Shown: positions 38,137 through 48,488 of the stretch, piece by piece
How the letters are laid out: each line of letters starts with the position of its first letter
Position numbering within the stretch: position 1 is the first letter of the stretch
NCBI GenBank assembly: GCA_031417655.1
Contig: JANOVZ010000041.1
Location: 19,052 to 83,051, forward strand
From: Sphingomonas sp.
Lineage (GTDB): Bacteria; Pseudomonadota; Alphaproteobacteria; Sphingomonadales; Sphingomonadaceae
DNA length: 64,000 bases
Reading direction: 5' to 3'
Notes under the pieces: model-generated
Seen by the model: only the letters and a program-made list of their open reading frames with translations
What the model was told of the DNA's origin: nothing
The model's database searches: none
Translations under genes and position numbers: made by a program

Positions 38137-39155
38137 CTTCCCTGTCCCTTCAGGGGAGAGGGGTCACCCACCCTCTGGATTTCCCAGTCAAGCGCCACGC
38201 CCGAATGCGCTTTCACTCTGCTTCGCACTTCTTCGCCCAGCGCTTCGATGTCGGCACTCGTCGCCGACCCAAGGTTGAGGAGGAAATTGCAATGCTTTTC
38301 AGAAACCTGCGCATCCCCGCGCCTGAGGCCACGGCACCCCGCGGCATCGACCAAGGCCCAAGCCTTATGCCCCTCAGGATTCTTGAACGTCGATCCACCT
38401 GTCCGCGATCGCAACGGTTGCGACGCTTCGCGTTCGGCGGCAATCCGATCCATCTCCGCGCCGATGATCCCGGGGGCACCGGGCACCCCGGAAAATGTTG
38501 CCGCGACCACAATCGCGCCTTCAGACAATTCGGAATGTCGGTAAGTGTATTGCAATTCTTCAACAGCCAAGGTCTGCACCTCGCCCGACCACAAGACGAC
38601 ATCGGCACTGACGAGAATGTCAGCCACTTCGCGGCCATAAGCCCCCGCGTTCATCCGCACCGCGCCGCCGACGGTGCCCGGAATACCGCGCAGGAACTCA
38701 AGTCCCGCCACGCCTGCGTCGCGCGCCGTGCTCGCCACCGAAATGCCGGGAGCGCCCGCCCCACAGGTCAGGGTATTTCCAGATACCATAATGCCCGCAA
38801 ATGCTTTGCCCAGTCGCACCGTAACGCCGTGCACCCCTCCGTCGCGGACGATAAGGTTTGAACCAAGGCCGAGCGGCCATAAGGGAGATTTGGGGTTGGC
38901 ACGAAGGAAGTCCTGAAGGTCGGACATGTCGGCGGGTTCGAACAATATCTCCGCCGCGCCACCCGATTTGAACCACACCAGCGGCGCGAGCGGGGCGTTG
39001 GGGGTGAGACGGCCTCTGACCTTGCCCCCCTCCACGCCTTCGTGGAGGGGCTGGGGGTGGCTCCCTTTGTCCGGATTAAGCGCTGGTTGATCGGAGGGAC
39101 CACTCCCAGCCCCTCCAGCAAGGGCTGGAAGGGGGACAGGTTGCGCGGCACTCAT
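38133..39155 (-). CDS. murB: UDP-N-acetylmuramate dehydrogenase with a repeat-derived N-terminal insertion
   Basis: [33 protein letters not shown]; ATG overlaps the murC stop. Confidence 0.96.
   Translation of the reverse strand: MSAAQPVPLPALAGGAGSGPSDQPALNPDKGSHPQPLHEGVEGGKVRGRLTPNAPLAPLVWFKSGGAAEILFEPADMSDLQDFLRANPKSPLWPLGLGSNLIVRDGGVHGVTVRLGKAFAGIMVSGNTLTCGAGAPGISVASTARDAGVAGLEFLRGIPGTVGGAVRMNAGAYGREVADILVSADVVLWSGEVQTLAVEELQYTYRHSELSEGAIVVAATFSGVPGAPGIIGAEMDRIAAEREASQPLRSRTGGSTFKNPEGHKAWALVDAAGCRGLRRGDAQVSEKHCNFLLNLGSATSADIEALGEEVRSRVKAHSGVALDWEIQRVGDPSPLKGQGR
38140..38163. repeat. Degenerate solo REP hairpin encoding the MurB C-terminus
   Basis: Minus strand CCCTCTCCCC-TGAA-GGGACAGGG, similar to 3130-3153. 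Confidence 0.5.
39027..39134. repeat. Family A copy 2, in-frame within murB
   Basis: CCCCTCCACG-CCTT-CGTGGAGGGG ... CCCCTCCAGC-AAGG-GCTGGAAGGGG; 108 nt. Confidence 0.9.
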
Positions 39156-40585
39156 TCCCGCACCTTCTCAATCGCCGCAGCAAGCCCCGCCGCCCATTTC
39201 GTAATGTCTCCCGCGCCGAGGCACACCACCGTGTCGCCTGCCACGGCCTCCCCCGCCAGCACTTCCGCCAGCGTATCGGCATCGGCAATCGTCGCTGCAG
39301 CCCGGTGTCCGCGCGCTTTCAGCCGATCCACCAGTGCCGCCGCGCTGACTCCTTCAACCGGCGCTTCACCCGCTGCATAAACTGGCGCGACGTAGACCAT
39401 ATCGGCGTCGTTAAAGGCCTGGGCAAATTCATCCATCAGATTGCCAAGACGCGAATAACGGTGCGGCTGAACAACCGCGATCACGCGCCCCCCCGAACCT
39501 GAAACCACACCTTCACGCGCTGCCGACAGGACGGCTTTGATCTCGACCGGGTGATGGCCATAATCATCGATGATCGTGACACCGCCGGAATCCCCAAAAG
39601 ACACCTCGCCGACCTTGGTGAAGCGCCGCTTGACTCCGCCGAACGCCCCGAACCCTTTCTGGATCGTCGCGTCATCAAGACCCAGTTCAATCGCCACCGC
39701 AATTGCCGCCAACGCATTCTGGACATTGTGGCGGCCTGCCATTGGCAACAGTATGTCCTCGATGCTCCGCGTTGACCCGTCGCGGTGGCGGATGATGACT
39801 TCGAAGCGGTTGCCGCCCGCGCCAGGCACGACATTGACGCCACGCACATCGGCTTGCGCGCTAAAGCCATAAGTCACGATTCGCCGGTCGCGGACCCGCG
39901 GGAGCAGCGCTTGCACTTCGGGATGATCGAGGCACAAAACCGCTGCGCCGTAAAACGGCACATTCTCGATAAACTCGACAAATGCATCCTTCACCGCATC
40001 GAACGATCCGTAATGATCGAGATGTTCGGGATCGATATTGGTCACCACTGCCACCGTGCCATCAAGACGCAGGAAACTGCCGTCGCTTTCGTCGGCCTCC
40101 ACCACCATCCAGTCGCTCGCACCAAGCCGCGCGTTCGACCCATAGCTGTTGATGATCCCGCCATTGATCACTGTCGGGTCAACCCCACCCGCGTCGAGCA
40201 TCGCGGCAATCATGCTCGTTGTCGTCGTTTTCCCGTGCGTGCCCGCAACCGCGACGGTCGATTTCAGCCGCATCAATTCGGCAAGCATTTCCGCCCGCCG
40301 CACAACCGGGATGCGCCGCTCATAAGCCGATGCCACTTCGGGGTTCGCACGCTTGATGGCGGTCGATGTCACGACCACCGCCGCATCGCCAAGATTGTCG
40401 GCATCATGCCCAATGGCAACCGCAATCCCGCGCTTGCGCAGCCCCTCGATCACATAGCCTTCGGCGACGTCCGACCCTTGAACCTTGTAGCCGAGGTTAT
40501 GCATGACTTCGGCAATGCCCGACATGCCGATGCCGCCAATGCCGACGAAATGGATGACCCCGATGTCAGTTGCGACGCCCCTCAT
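39152..40585 (-). CDS. murC: UDP-N-acetylmuramate--L-alanine ligase
   Basis: [37 protein letters not shown]. Confidence 0.97.
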   Translation of the reverse strand: MRGVATDIGVIHFVGIGGIGMSGIAEVMHNLGYKVQGSDVAEGYVIEGLRKRGIAVAIGHDADNLGDAAVVVTSTAIKRANPEVASAYERRIPVVRRAEMLAELMRLKSTVAVAGTHGKTTTTSMIAAMLDAGGVDPTVINGGIINSYGSNARLGASDWMVVEADESDGSFLRLDGTVAVVTNIDPEHLDHYGSFDAVKDAFVEFIENVPFYGAAVLCLDHPEVQALLPRVRDRRIVTYGFSAQADVRGVNVVPGAGGNRFEVIIRHRDGSTRSIEDILLPMAGRHNVQNALAAIAVAIELGLDDATIQKGFGAFGGVKRRFTKVGEVSFGDSGGVTIIDDYGHHPVEIKAVLSAAREGVVSGSGGRVIAVVQPHRYSRLGNLMDEFAQAFNDADMVYVAPVYAAGEAPVEGVSAAALVDRLKARGHRAAATIADADTLAEVLAGEAVAGDTVVCLGAGDITKWAAGLAAAIEKVRE

Positions 40586-41724
40586 GACGCGTAAGCTGGT
40601 TTGAAACTGGCCGGCTGCATGCCGATTGGCGCAGCCCCCATGCTCTCGACGAGATCGGCGAGATGCCGCGTTGCATCGGGCCGACCGCAATCCCACGCGC
40701 GCTTGGCCGCATTGGCGAGCCCGACCGCATCAAGACCCAGTTTCTGCATCTGCTTTGCAAGTTCGACCGGCGTGAAGTCACGTTCAGCGATCGCGCGCGC
40801 ACCCCCCGCCTCGACCATCTCGCGGACATTCGCGGTCTGGTGATCGTCCAGCGCGCTGGGCAAGGGGATCAGAATCGCCGGCCTGCCTGCCGCCGTTAGT
40901 TCCGCAATCGTCGAAGCTCCGGCGCGGGCAATCACCAGATGCGACCAACTCAGCCGCTCGGGCAGATCGGGCATATAAGTTGCAAGATCGGCCGGGATAC
41001 CGAGCTCGGCATATCGCCTCCGCACCCCGTCGATATCCTCGGCGCGGCATTGCTGCGTCACTTGCAGCCGCCGCCTGAAGTTCAGGGGCAGCAGCCCCAG
41101 CCCATCGGGCACAACCCGCGACAACACGCTTGCCCCCTGCGATCCGCCGGTCACCAGAATGCGGAAAATGCCATTATCGTCGAGTGGCGGAAAATCCTGT
41201 TCGCGAATCTTGATGATTTCTTCACGGACGGGATTGCCGATAAGATGCGCCTTGTGACCCCAGCTGTCTTTCATCCGCTGGGTATCGGGATAGCTGGTTG
41301 CAATCGCATTGACCCATCCCCCGACCATCCGATTGACGCGACCCAGCACGGCATTTTGTTCATGCACTACGGTGGAAACACCACCCCGCTTTGCGCCAAG
41401 CAGCGCCGGAAATGCGGGATATCCACCAAATCCAACCACCGCCGAAGGTCCAAATTCTTTGAAGATGTCATAGCTCATCATCCGCCCGCGCTGGATCGCG
41501 CGCCAGCCGGAGAACCACGACAGCGGGTTTTTGGTGATGCGACCGGCGGGCAGCGGATGCACCTCGACGCCCTCGAACAGGCCCGGAATCTTCGCACCGC
41601 GCGCGTCAGTGATCAACGCGACATGATGCCCGCGCCGGATCAGTTCCGCCGCCAGCGCATGCGCCGGAACCATGTGCCCGCCGGTGCCTCCCGCTGCCAG
41701 AACAAAATGTTTCGAAATGCTCAC
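40582..41724 (-). CDS. murG: Lipid II GlcNAc transferase
   Basis: GGTGGH, GFGGY, HEQN, GGSQGA, RAGAST, HQTAN. Confidence 0.97.
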   Translation of the reverse strand: MSISKHFVLAAGGTGGHMVPAHALAAELIRRGHHVALITDARGAKIPGLFEGVEVHPLPAGRITKNPLSWFSGWRAIQRGRMMSYDIFKEFGPSAVVGFGGYPAFPALLGAKRGGVSTVVHEQNAVLGRVNRMVGGWVNAIATSYPDTQRMKDSWGHKAHLIGNPVREEIIKIREQDFPPLDDNGIFRILVTGGSQGASVLSRVVPDGLGLLPLNFRRRLQVTQQCRAEDIDGVRRRYAELGIPADLATYMPDLPERLSWSHLVIARAGASTIAELTAAGRPAILIPLPSALDDHQTANVREMVEAGGARAIAERDFTPVELAKQMQKLGLDAVGLANAAKRAWDCGRPDATRHLADLVESMGAAPIGMQPASFKPAYAS

Positions 41725-42929
41725 CGCTTGCTCCACCGCACCACATAGGGCGAACGCCGGAGATACGGATTTCGCCGCGTAAACGCCAGCAACAGGCCAA
41801 AGCCCATCGACAGCGCGAGCATCGACGATCCGCCATAGCTGATGAACGGCAGGGTCATCCCCTTTGACGGGACAAGATTCACATTGACTGCCATGTTGAT
41901 CAGGGCCTGCACCGCAAATTGGGTTGCGAGCCCGGCGGCGGCAAGCACGATGAACGGGTCTTCCTCGTCGAGCAGTTTGACGAAAACCCGCACGACGATG
42001 GCAAGGAACAGGCACGCGATGGCGATGCACGCAAACAGGCCGAATTCCTCGCCAATCACTGAGAATATATAATCAGTGTGTCCCTCGGGCAGGTGGAACT
42101 TGGCCTGGCCCCCGCCCGGTCCCGTCCCGAAAAACCCGCCTGCGGTCAGCGTCGCATGAGCGCTATCGACCTGATACGTATCGCCTGCCTGAAACAGGAA
42201 ATTGTTGATCCGCTGCGTCGCGACCGGATAAAAAAGATAGGCGGCAAGGATTCCAACGGCACCGCTACCCGCCAGAAAGCTTATCAGCCGGTATGAAATT
42301 CCCGTCAGCATCAGCATCGCCAGCCAGACCGAACAGAAAATGATCGTCTGGCCAAAATCGGGCTGCTTCATCAGAAAAAACGAAATCAGCGCCACGAGCA
42401 CGAACGATACGGGCACGACCGGCAAAGACTTGTCATGCGCTTTCAAGCTCAAAAGCCAGGCCAGGCTAACGACGAAAAGGGGTTTCAGGAACTCCGACGG
42501 CTCGATCCCGGCAATGCCAAGTCCGATCCAACGCTGTGCGCCGTTTTTTTCGTAGCCGATTAACGGCACGAGCGCGAGCAAGACGCTGAACACCCCGGCG
42601 CCAAACATCGCGAACCGGCGCGCCAGTTGAACTGGCAACATCGATACCGCCAGCATGAACGGTAAACCGACCGTCACCCAGCCGAGTTGGCGCCAAAAAT
42701 AATAGAGCGGCGCAACGGTGATATTGCCCCCCGAATAGCGCTCTGCCGCCGAAGGGCTGGCAGCGGCGACCGCGATCAGCCCGACCGAAATCAGGACGAA
42801 GACAAGCAACAGCAACACGCGGTCGATTTCCCAGAACCAAAGGCCAAAGGCGCTGCGGTCCGAGCGACCGAGCCGACCCGCGACCGAATTCTTCACCCGC
42901 GCGGTGCCGCGTGCGATTGCGGTGTTCAT
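41721..42929 (-). CDS. ftsW: SEDS peptidoglycan polymerase FtsW
   Basis: GAQRWI, EPSEFLK, QPDFG, HTDYIFS, LPFISYGGSS. Confidence 0.97.
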   Translation of the reverse strand: MNTAIARGTARVKNSVAGRLGRSDRSAFGLWFWEIDRVLLLLVFVLISVGLIAVAAASPSAAERYSGGNITVAPLYYFWRQLGWVTVGLPFMLAVSMLPVQLARRFAMFGAGVFSVLLALVPLIGYEKNGAQRWIGLGIAGIEPSEFLKPLFVVSLAWLLSLKAHDKSLPVVPVSFVLVALISFFLMKQPDFGQTIIFCSVWLAMLMLTGISYRLISFLAGSGAVGILAAYLFYPVATQRINNFLFQAGDTYQVDSAHATLTAGGFFGTGPGGGQAKFHLPEGHTDYIFSVIGEEFGLFACIAIACLFLAIVVRVFVKLLDEEDPFIVLAAAGLATQFAVQALINMAVNVNLVPSKGMTLPFISYGGSSMLALSMGFGLLLAFTRRNPYLRRSPYVVRWSKR

Positions 42930-43093
42930 AATGCCTCCACTATTCTGATTCCCTTCCCGGCCTTCCGGGAGGGGCTAGGGGTGGGGTTCTCCGTCCGTCT
43001 TGCATCCTTGTTCGCGAAAGAAGGAGCCACCCCCAGCCCCTCCACAAAGGCGTGGAGGGGAGCAAGATATGCTCCTGCAAACAACACCATCAT
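42926..43093 (-). CDS. 55-aa bridging mini-ORF across the repeat ([19 protein letters not shown]...IRIVEAL)
   Basis: ATG overlaps the murD stop (ATGA); TGA overlaps the ftsW ATG (ATGA); no internal stop. Confidence 0.55.
   Translation of the reverse strand: MMVLFAGAYLAPLHAFVEGLGVAPSFANKDARRTENPTPSPSRKAGKGIRIVEAL
42951..43060. repeat. Family A copy 3 (murD-ftsW junction)
   Basis: CCCTTCCCGG-CCTT-CCGGGAGGGG ... CCCCTCCACA-AAGG-CGTGGAGGGG. Confidence 0.9.
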
Positions 43094-44487
43094 AATGCCG
43101 CCACCAACGCCCTGAACTGATCACCCCGGTCTTCGTAATTCCGAAATTGGTCGAACGATGCACAGGCCGGAGAGAGCAAAACAATCTCCTCTGCCGTTGC
43201 GTTGTCGGTCGCTTGCTGCACGGCCACATCGAGCGTCCCGCAGAGGAACACCGGCATATTCTCGCGCAATAGCGAATAAAATAGCGGCGCGGCATCGCCG
43301 ATCACATACGCCGCGCGGCAGTGGCAGAAATAGGGTTCACAGGCGTTCAGGTCATCGGTTTTTGCTTGCCCGCCGAGAACCCAGTGTATGCCCGAAAACG
43401 AAGCAAGCGCGGGTGCCGTCGACGTCGCGTTCGTCGCCTTGCTGTCGTTGATATAGATAATGCCGTCCTTAACCCGGATACGCTCCATGCGGTGTGGGAG
43501 GCCCGGGAAAGTGGCTAAAGCATTATTGATCTGAAGATGATTGAGGCCGAGGCACCAGCAGGAAATGCGGGCTAGCTGGGCATTCTCCAGATTATGGGGT
43601 CCGGGCAGCGATGGCCATGTTGCCTGCAAAGGCTCTTTGGCATCGGGCGACATTTTCCAGATGGCTTTGTCGAACCCTTCGACCTGTTTGAGCGCCGTCT
43701 CGGTGCTCGTTGAAACGGCAATGGGATGATCCTGCGATTGCATCTCGAACAATCGCCGTTTGCTCGCGGCGTAGGCGTCAAAGCCAGCATAACGATCCAG
43801 ATGATCGGGCGTGATGTTGGTCAAAATCGCCACATCACAATCGAGCGTGAAGGTCAGGTCGATCTGATAGCTTGACAGTTCGAGGACATAGACGCCGACC
43901 CCCCGCTCATTTGGCGTCAATGGCTCCTGCCCCAGTATTGGCAGGCCGATGTTGCCGCCCATCGTCACCGGTACACCCGCCGTCTTGAGGATGTGGTGCA
44001 CCAGCGCCGTCGTCGTCGACTTGCCGTTCGTGCCGGTAATCCCAACCACCTTGTGCGGCGGTAGTTCAGGCCGCGCTTGGGCAAAGAGTTCGATGTCACC
44101 GATGATGGGCACGCCGTATTTCGCTGCATGCGCGGCAATCGGGTGTCGGTTGAGGGGGACTCCGGGGGAAACGATGACCGCAGTAAAGCCGGTGAGGTCG
44201 ATGGTGGTGGGGTCGGCGAAAGACAATCCGCCCCCCTCCAGCCCTTGCTGGAGGGGCTGGGGGTGGCTCCCTTTGCCCGACTTATCTTCCCTCGACGAGG
44301 AAGGGGCCACCCCCGCCCCCTCCACGAAGGCGTGGAGGGGAGTCAACGCAGCTCGCGCCCCTTCACTCGCGTCCCACGCCACAACCTCCGCCCCGCTCGC
44401 CAGCAGCGCGCGCACTGTCGCTTGCCCGGACCGCGCCAGCCCAAGCACCGCATAGCGTTTGCCGGCCCAAGTCGAGGAAACAATCAA
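43090..44487 (-). CDS. murD: UDP-N-acetylmuramoyl-L-alanine--D-glutamate ligase with an internal repeat-derived insertion
   Basis: [46 protein letters not shown]; TTGA overlap with mraY. Confidence 0.97.
   Translation of the reverse strand: MIVSSTWAGKRYAVLGLARSGQATVRALLASGAEVVAWDASEGARAALTPLHAFVEGAGVAPSSSREDKSGKGSHPQPLQQGLEGGGLSFADPTTIDLTGFTAVIVSPGVPLNRHPIAAHAAKYGVPIIGDIELFAQARPELPPHKVVGITGTNGKSTTTALVHHILKTAGVPVTMGGNIGLPILGQEPLTPNERGVGVYVLELSSYQIDLTFTLDCDVAILTNITPDHLDRYAGFDAYAASKRRLFEMQSQDHPIAVSTSTETALKQVEGFDKAIWKMSPDAKEPLQATWPSLPGPHNLENAQLARISCWCLGLNHLQINNALATFPGLPHRMERIRVKDGIIYINDSKATNATSTAPALASFSGIHWVLGGQAKTDDLNACEPYFCHCRAAYVIGDAAPLFYSLLRENMPVFLCGTLDVAVQQATDNATAEEIVLLSPACASFDQFRNYEDRGDQFRALVAAL
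44233..44340. repeat. Family A copy 4, in-frame within murD
   Basis: CCCCTCCAGC-CCTT-GCTGGAGGGG ... CCCCTCCACG-AAGG-CGTGGAGGGG; 108 nt. Confidence 0.92.
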
Positions 44488-45554
44488 CGGATTTTCAACG
44501 TCGAAAGGCCCGCCAGCGCCAGCACAATGGCGATAATCCAAAAGCGGATCACCACCGTCGATTCTGCCCAGCCGAGCTGTTCAAAATGATGGTGGATCGG
44601 CGCCATTTTGAATACGCGCTTGCCGGTGCGCTTATAATAGCCGACTTGAATGATGACGCTCAGCGCCTCGACGACGAACAACCCGCCGATAATCCCGAGC
44701 ACGATTTCATGATGCGCTGTCACCGCAATCGCGCCGAGCGCGCCCCCAAGCGCAAGGCTCCCGGTATCACCCATAAACACGGCGGCGGGCGGCGCGTTGA
44801 ACCACAGGAACGCGAGCCCCGCGCCGACAATTGCGCCACAGAATATCGCGAGATCGCCCGCGCCAGCGACATACGGAATGCCGAGATAGGCCGAGAATTT
44901 TGCGTTACCCACCAGATAAACGATGATCATGAACGCGACGCTGGCGATGATAACGGGCATCGTCGCCAAGCCATCAAGCCCGTCGGTCAGGTTCACCGCA
45001 TTACCAAACGCGACAATCGTGAACGCGGCAAAGGCGATATACAACGGTCCCAGCTCAATCCGGTAATTGCTCAAAAACGGCAGATAGAGTTCAGTGCCGT
45101 TATACGATGTGATCAGCCACGAAACGAAGCCCGCAATAATGAACTCGCCGAGCAGCCGCACACGCCCGGAAACGCCCTTATGGCTCGCCTTGCGAACTTT
45201 ATCGAGATCATCGAGAAAGCCGATCAACGCAAAACCGAACGTCACAATGATGCAGCCCCAGACATAGGGATTGCGCAAGTCCATCCACAACAGGCTCGAT
45301 ACACCCAGCGACGTCAATATCAGCAACCCGCCCATTGTCGGCGTTCCGCGTTTGGCGAGGTGCGATTGTGGGCCATCCTCGCGGATCGGTTGGCCCTTGC
45401 CCTGCCGCAACCGCAGCCAGCCAATAAATTTCGGCCCGATGAGCAGACCGAGGAACAATGCCGTCGCCACCGCCCCGCCCGTGCGAAAGCTGAGGTAGCG
45501 CAGCAGGTTGGTGACGCCGGGAAAGCCGAGATATTCGGCGATGAGGTAGAGCAC
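44484..45554 (-). CDS. mraY: Phospho-N-acetylmuramoyl-pentapeptide transferase
   Basis: [39 protein letters not shown]. Confidence 0.98.
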   Translation of the reverse strand: MLYLIAEYLGFPGVTNLLRYLSFRTGGAVATALFLGLLIGPKFIGWLRLRQGKGQPIREDGPQSHLAKRGTPTMGGLLILTSLGVSSLLWMDLRNPYVWGCIIVTFGFALIGFLDDLDKVRKASHKGVSGRVRLLGEFIIAGFVSWLITSYNGTELYLPFLSNYRIELGPLYIAFAAFTIVAFGNAVNLTDGLDGLATMPVIIASVAFMIIVYLVGNAKFSAYLGIPYVAGAGDLAIFCGAIVGAGLAFLWFNAPPAAVFMGDTGSLALGGALGAIAVTAHHEIVLGIIGGLFVVEALSVIIQVGYYKRTGKRVFKMAPIHHHFEQLGWAESTVVIRFWIIAIVLALAGLSTLKIR

Positions 45555-45703
45555 TACGCCACTCCTCCCCGTTTGGGCTGAGCTTGTCGAAGCCCTGTAC
45601 TTGCTCTTGGCCTGCGGGAGAAAAAGGGCAACCCCCTTCGACGAAGCTCAGGACAGGCTTCGACAAGCTCAGGGAGAGCGGTGACTGTTGCGCAATCAAG
45701 CAT
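45554..45703 (-). CDS. 49-aa bridging mini-ORF across the repeat ([24 protein letters not shown]...KRGGVA)
   Basis: ATG overlaps the murF stop (TGATG); TAG overlaps the mraY GTG (TAGTG); no internal stop. Confidence 0.5.
   Translation of the reverse strand: MLDCATVTALPELVEACPELRRRGLPFFSRRPRASTGLRQAQPKRGGVA
45569..45681. repeat. Family B copy 2 (murF-mraY junction) with an extra CTTCGACGAAGCTCAG module
   Basis: CCGTTTGGGCTGAGCTTGTCGAAGCC identical to the left arm at 6223. Confidence 0.88.
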
Positions 45704-47064
45704 CAGGCGTTCCTCAGGGCGGTCACGACGGCGGACATGCCAACATAGTTCGACCCCTTGACGAGAACGGCATCACCGGGCGCGATCAACGATCGTATTA
45801 TTTCAGCCGCGGCCACAGCATCTGGCACATGGCGCAGCTCGACCTGCCCTTCAAGCGCCGCTGCAAGAGGACGCATTGCCGGTCCTACAAGCAAGGCAAA
45901 ATCGACCTTTGCATCAAGCAACGGACTCGCCAGACTGCGATGCAACGCCTCACTGGCGGCACCTAGTTCACCCATTTCACCGAGCACAGCGATGCGGCGC
46001 GTAGCGCGTTCGTCGGCAAGCACTTGTAATGTCGCTGCCATCGATGCGGCGTTGGCATTATAACTCTCGTCGATTAGCAGCGCACCGTTTGCCAATGTAT
46101 AGCGTGCGCCGCGCCCCGTAAGTTCTTCGAGTTCGGCCAGCGCCAGTCCAGCCACCGCCAAGTCACCGCCCAGCGCCGACACTGCTGCGATCACAGCGAG
46201 CGCATTCGAAACCCAATGCGCGCCATGCTGGCCGACAGTGAAGCACAGCTCGGCATCAGGCAGCGTCGCGGTGATGAGGCTCCCCCGCGCCGTCGCCACT
46301 GCCTGATGCGCACGAACATCGGCGCCCTCGCCCAGACCAAAAGTCAGGATGCGTGCGGCGTGCGGCTCGGCATGGGCAATCAATCGATCACGCTGCGGGC
46401 TATCGAAGGGAATGATCGCGGTGCCGCCGGGTTCCAGCCCCGAAAAAACTTCGCCCTTGGCATCCGCAATGCCGTCGATCCCGTTCGGGAAGAACTCGAT
46501 ATGGGCGGGCGCAATCGCCGTTACGACGGCAACATGGGGCCGCACCATCGCCGTCAGCGCCGCAATCTCTCCGGCATGGTTCATGCCCATTTCGAACACG
46601 CCATAGTCGCTGTCAGCAGGCATTCGGGCGAGACTGAGCGGCACGCCGGTATGGTTGTTATAGCTTTTGACCGAGCGATGAACTTTGGTGTCTGGTATCC
46701 GCGAGAGTGCAGCGGCAAGAGCTTCCTTGGTTCCGGTCTTTCCGACAGACCCAGTAACCCCGGCAACTCTTGCCGCCGTACGCGCCCTACTTGCGACACC
46801 GAGGGCATTCAGTGCGACCGCTGTATCAGCGACCAAGACATGCGGGTGCGGAACAGGTTGCGAAACGATCGCTCCCGCCGCACCCCGTGCAAACGCACCG
46901 TCGATAAAGCGGTGCCCGTCATCATTTTCGCCCGTCAACGCGACGAACAAATCGCCCGCGCCGATCTCACGGCTATCGAAAGCGATGCCATTGACGGCAA
47001 AGTCAGCCGATGCCGTGCCGCCAGTTGCAGTGGCGATGTCGGCGGCGGACCAGAGCACGCTCAT
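45703..47064 (-). CDS. murF: UDP-MurNAc-tripeptide--D-Ala-D-Ala ligase
   Basis: GSVGKTGTK, SYNNHTGVP, EMGMNH, DESYNAN, LVKGS. Confidence 0.97.
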   Translation of the reverse strand: MSVLWSAADIATATGGTASADFAVNGIAFDSREIGAGDLFVALTGENDDGHRFIDGAFARGAAGAIVSQPVPHPHVLVADTAVALNALGVASRARTAARVAGVTGSVGKTGTKEALAAALSRIPDTKVHRSVKSYNNHTGVPLSLARMPADSDYGVFEMGMNHAGEIAALTAMVRPHVAVVTAIAPAHIEFFPNGIDGIADAKGEVFSGLEPGGTAIIPFDSPQRDRLIAHAEPHAARILTFGLGEGADVRAHQAVATARGSLITATLPDAELCFTVGQHGAHWVSNALAVIAAVSALGGDLAVAGLALAELEELTGRGARYTLANGALLIDESYNANAASMAATLQVLADERATRRIAVLGEMGELGAASEALHRSLASPLLDAKVDFALLVGPAMRPLAAALEGQVELRHVPDAVAAAEIIRSLIAPGDAVLVKGSNYVGMSAVVTALRNA

Positions 47065-48488
47065 GCCGCGCATTCCCTTGCGACCTGAACATCGTCGAAC
47101 GGCAAGACGCGTTCCTCGCCTTTGGCTCCGACCGTTTGCCCCGTCTCGTGCCCTTTGCCCGCAATCAGGACAATGTCGTCGGCGCCGGCTTCGGCAATGG
47201 CTGCAGCAATGGCCGCGCGCCGGTCACCGATTTCGGTGGCTTCGGGTGCTTTCGACATAATTCCCGCGCGGATCACAGCAGGATCTTCGCCGCGCGGATT
47301 GTCGTCGGTCACGATGACCCGGTCGGCCATGGCTTCGGCGATCAAACCCATTTCGGGGCGCTTGCCGACATCGCGGTCACCGCCGGCACCCATCACCAGG
47401 ATGAGCCGCCCCACGGCATGCGGCTTCAGCGCGGAAATCGCAGCGGCGAGCGCGTCGGGTGTGTGCGCATAGTCGACATAGACCGGCGCGCCGGTGCGCG
47501 TGATGACAGCGCGCTCGAGCCGCCCGCGCACCCCCTGAACCCGGCCCAGATTCGCCAGCGTCGTTTTTACATCGCCCCCCGTTGCGATCACCAATCCAGC
47601 GGCCACCAGTGCATTGGCGCATTGATACGCCCCGATCAGTGGCAGGTTGATTTTATACTCGACGCCCTCGTGCACAACGACCAGTTTCTGCCCGAGTTGC
47701 GTGGGCACACGCGACTGGAGACGGAGCGTTCCGCCGCGCGTGCCGACGCCGACCAGCCGTAGCCCGCGCTCTCTCGCCAGATCAATCACCCGATCCGAAG
47801 CTTCGTCATCCTGCCACACCACGACAGTCCCGTCGGCATCGACGACTTCGGAAAAAAGTCGCAATTTGGCGGTGAAATAGGCTGCCATATCGCCATGATA
47901 ATCAAGGTGGTCACGGCTGAGATTGGTGAACGCCGCGGCCGCAACCGGCAGCCCTTCGGTACGATATTGATCCAGCCCGTGGCTTGATGCTTCGAACGCG
48001 GCATGCGTCACGCCCTCGCGCCGCAACCCGGCCATGTTCGACAGAAACGTCACGATGTCCGGCGTGGTCAGGCCCGTGACGACGCGCTCGTCTGCCGTCG
48101 TCACGCCCAGCGTCCCGATGCTCGCGGCATGATGCCCCGCCATCCGCCACAACTGACGAGTCAATTCGACTGTCGACGTTTTACCGTTGGTACCTGTGAC
48201 GGCGACGGTCGTCTGCGGGTACGGTGAAAAAAACTTCGCCGCGAGCAAGGCAAAGTCGCGGCGCGGATCGTACGAAGTGAAATGCACCGCACCGTCGACA
48301 TGCGGACCGTGACACGACACGATCGCCACCGCCCCGGCCTTCACCGCGTCCCCGATAAAATCTTCGCCATTAAACCGCGCGCCGCGGAACGCGCCGAATA
48401 CTGTCCCGGGTGCAACCTTACGATGGTCGATGGCAAACCCCGTCACTTCGGCCATCGCATCAGTGCCGAGGAGCGCACCCAATCGCAT
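47061..48488 (-). CDS. murE: UDP-MurNAc-dipeptide--meso-DAP ligase
   Basis: GTNGKTS, EASSHG, DYAHTP, DDNPR, GKGHE. Confidence 0.97.
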   Translation of the reverse strand: MRLGALLGTDAMAEVTGFAIDHRKVAPGTVFGAFRGARFNGEDFIGDAVKAGAVAIVSCHGPHVDGAVHFTSYDPRRDFALLAAKFFSPYPQTTVAVTGTNGKTSTVELTRQLWRMAGHHAASIGTLGVTTADERVVTGLTTPDIVTFLSNMAGLRREGVTHAAFEASSHGLDQYRTEGLPVAAAAFTNLSRDHLDYHGDMAAYFTAKLRLFSEVVDADGTVVVWQDDEASDRVIDLARERGLRLVGVGTRGGTLRLQSRVPTQLGQKLVVVHEGVEYKINLPLIGAYQCANALVAAGLVIATGGDVKTTLANLGRVQGVRGRLERAVITRTGAPVYVDYAHTPDALAAAISALKPHAVGRLILVMGAGGDRDVGKRPEMGLIAEAMADRVIVTDDNPRGEDPAVIRAGIMSKAPEATEIGDRRAAIAAAIAEAGADDIVLIAGKGHETGQTVGAKGEERVLPFDDVQVARECAA

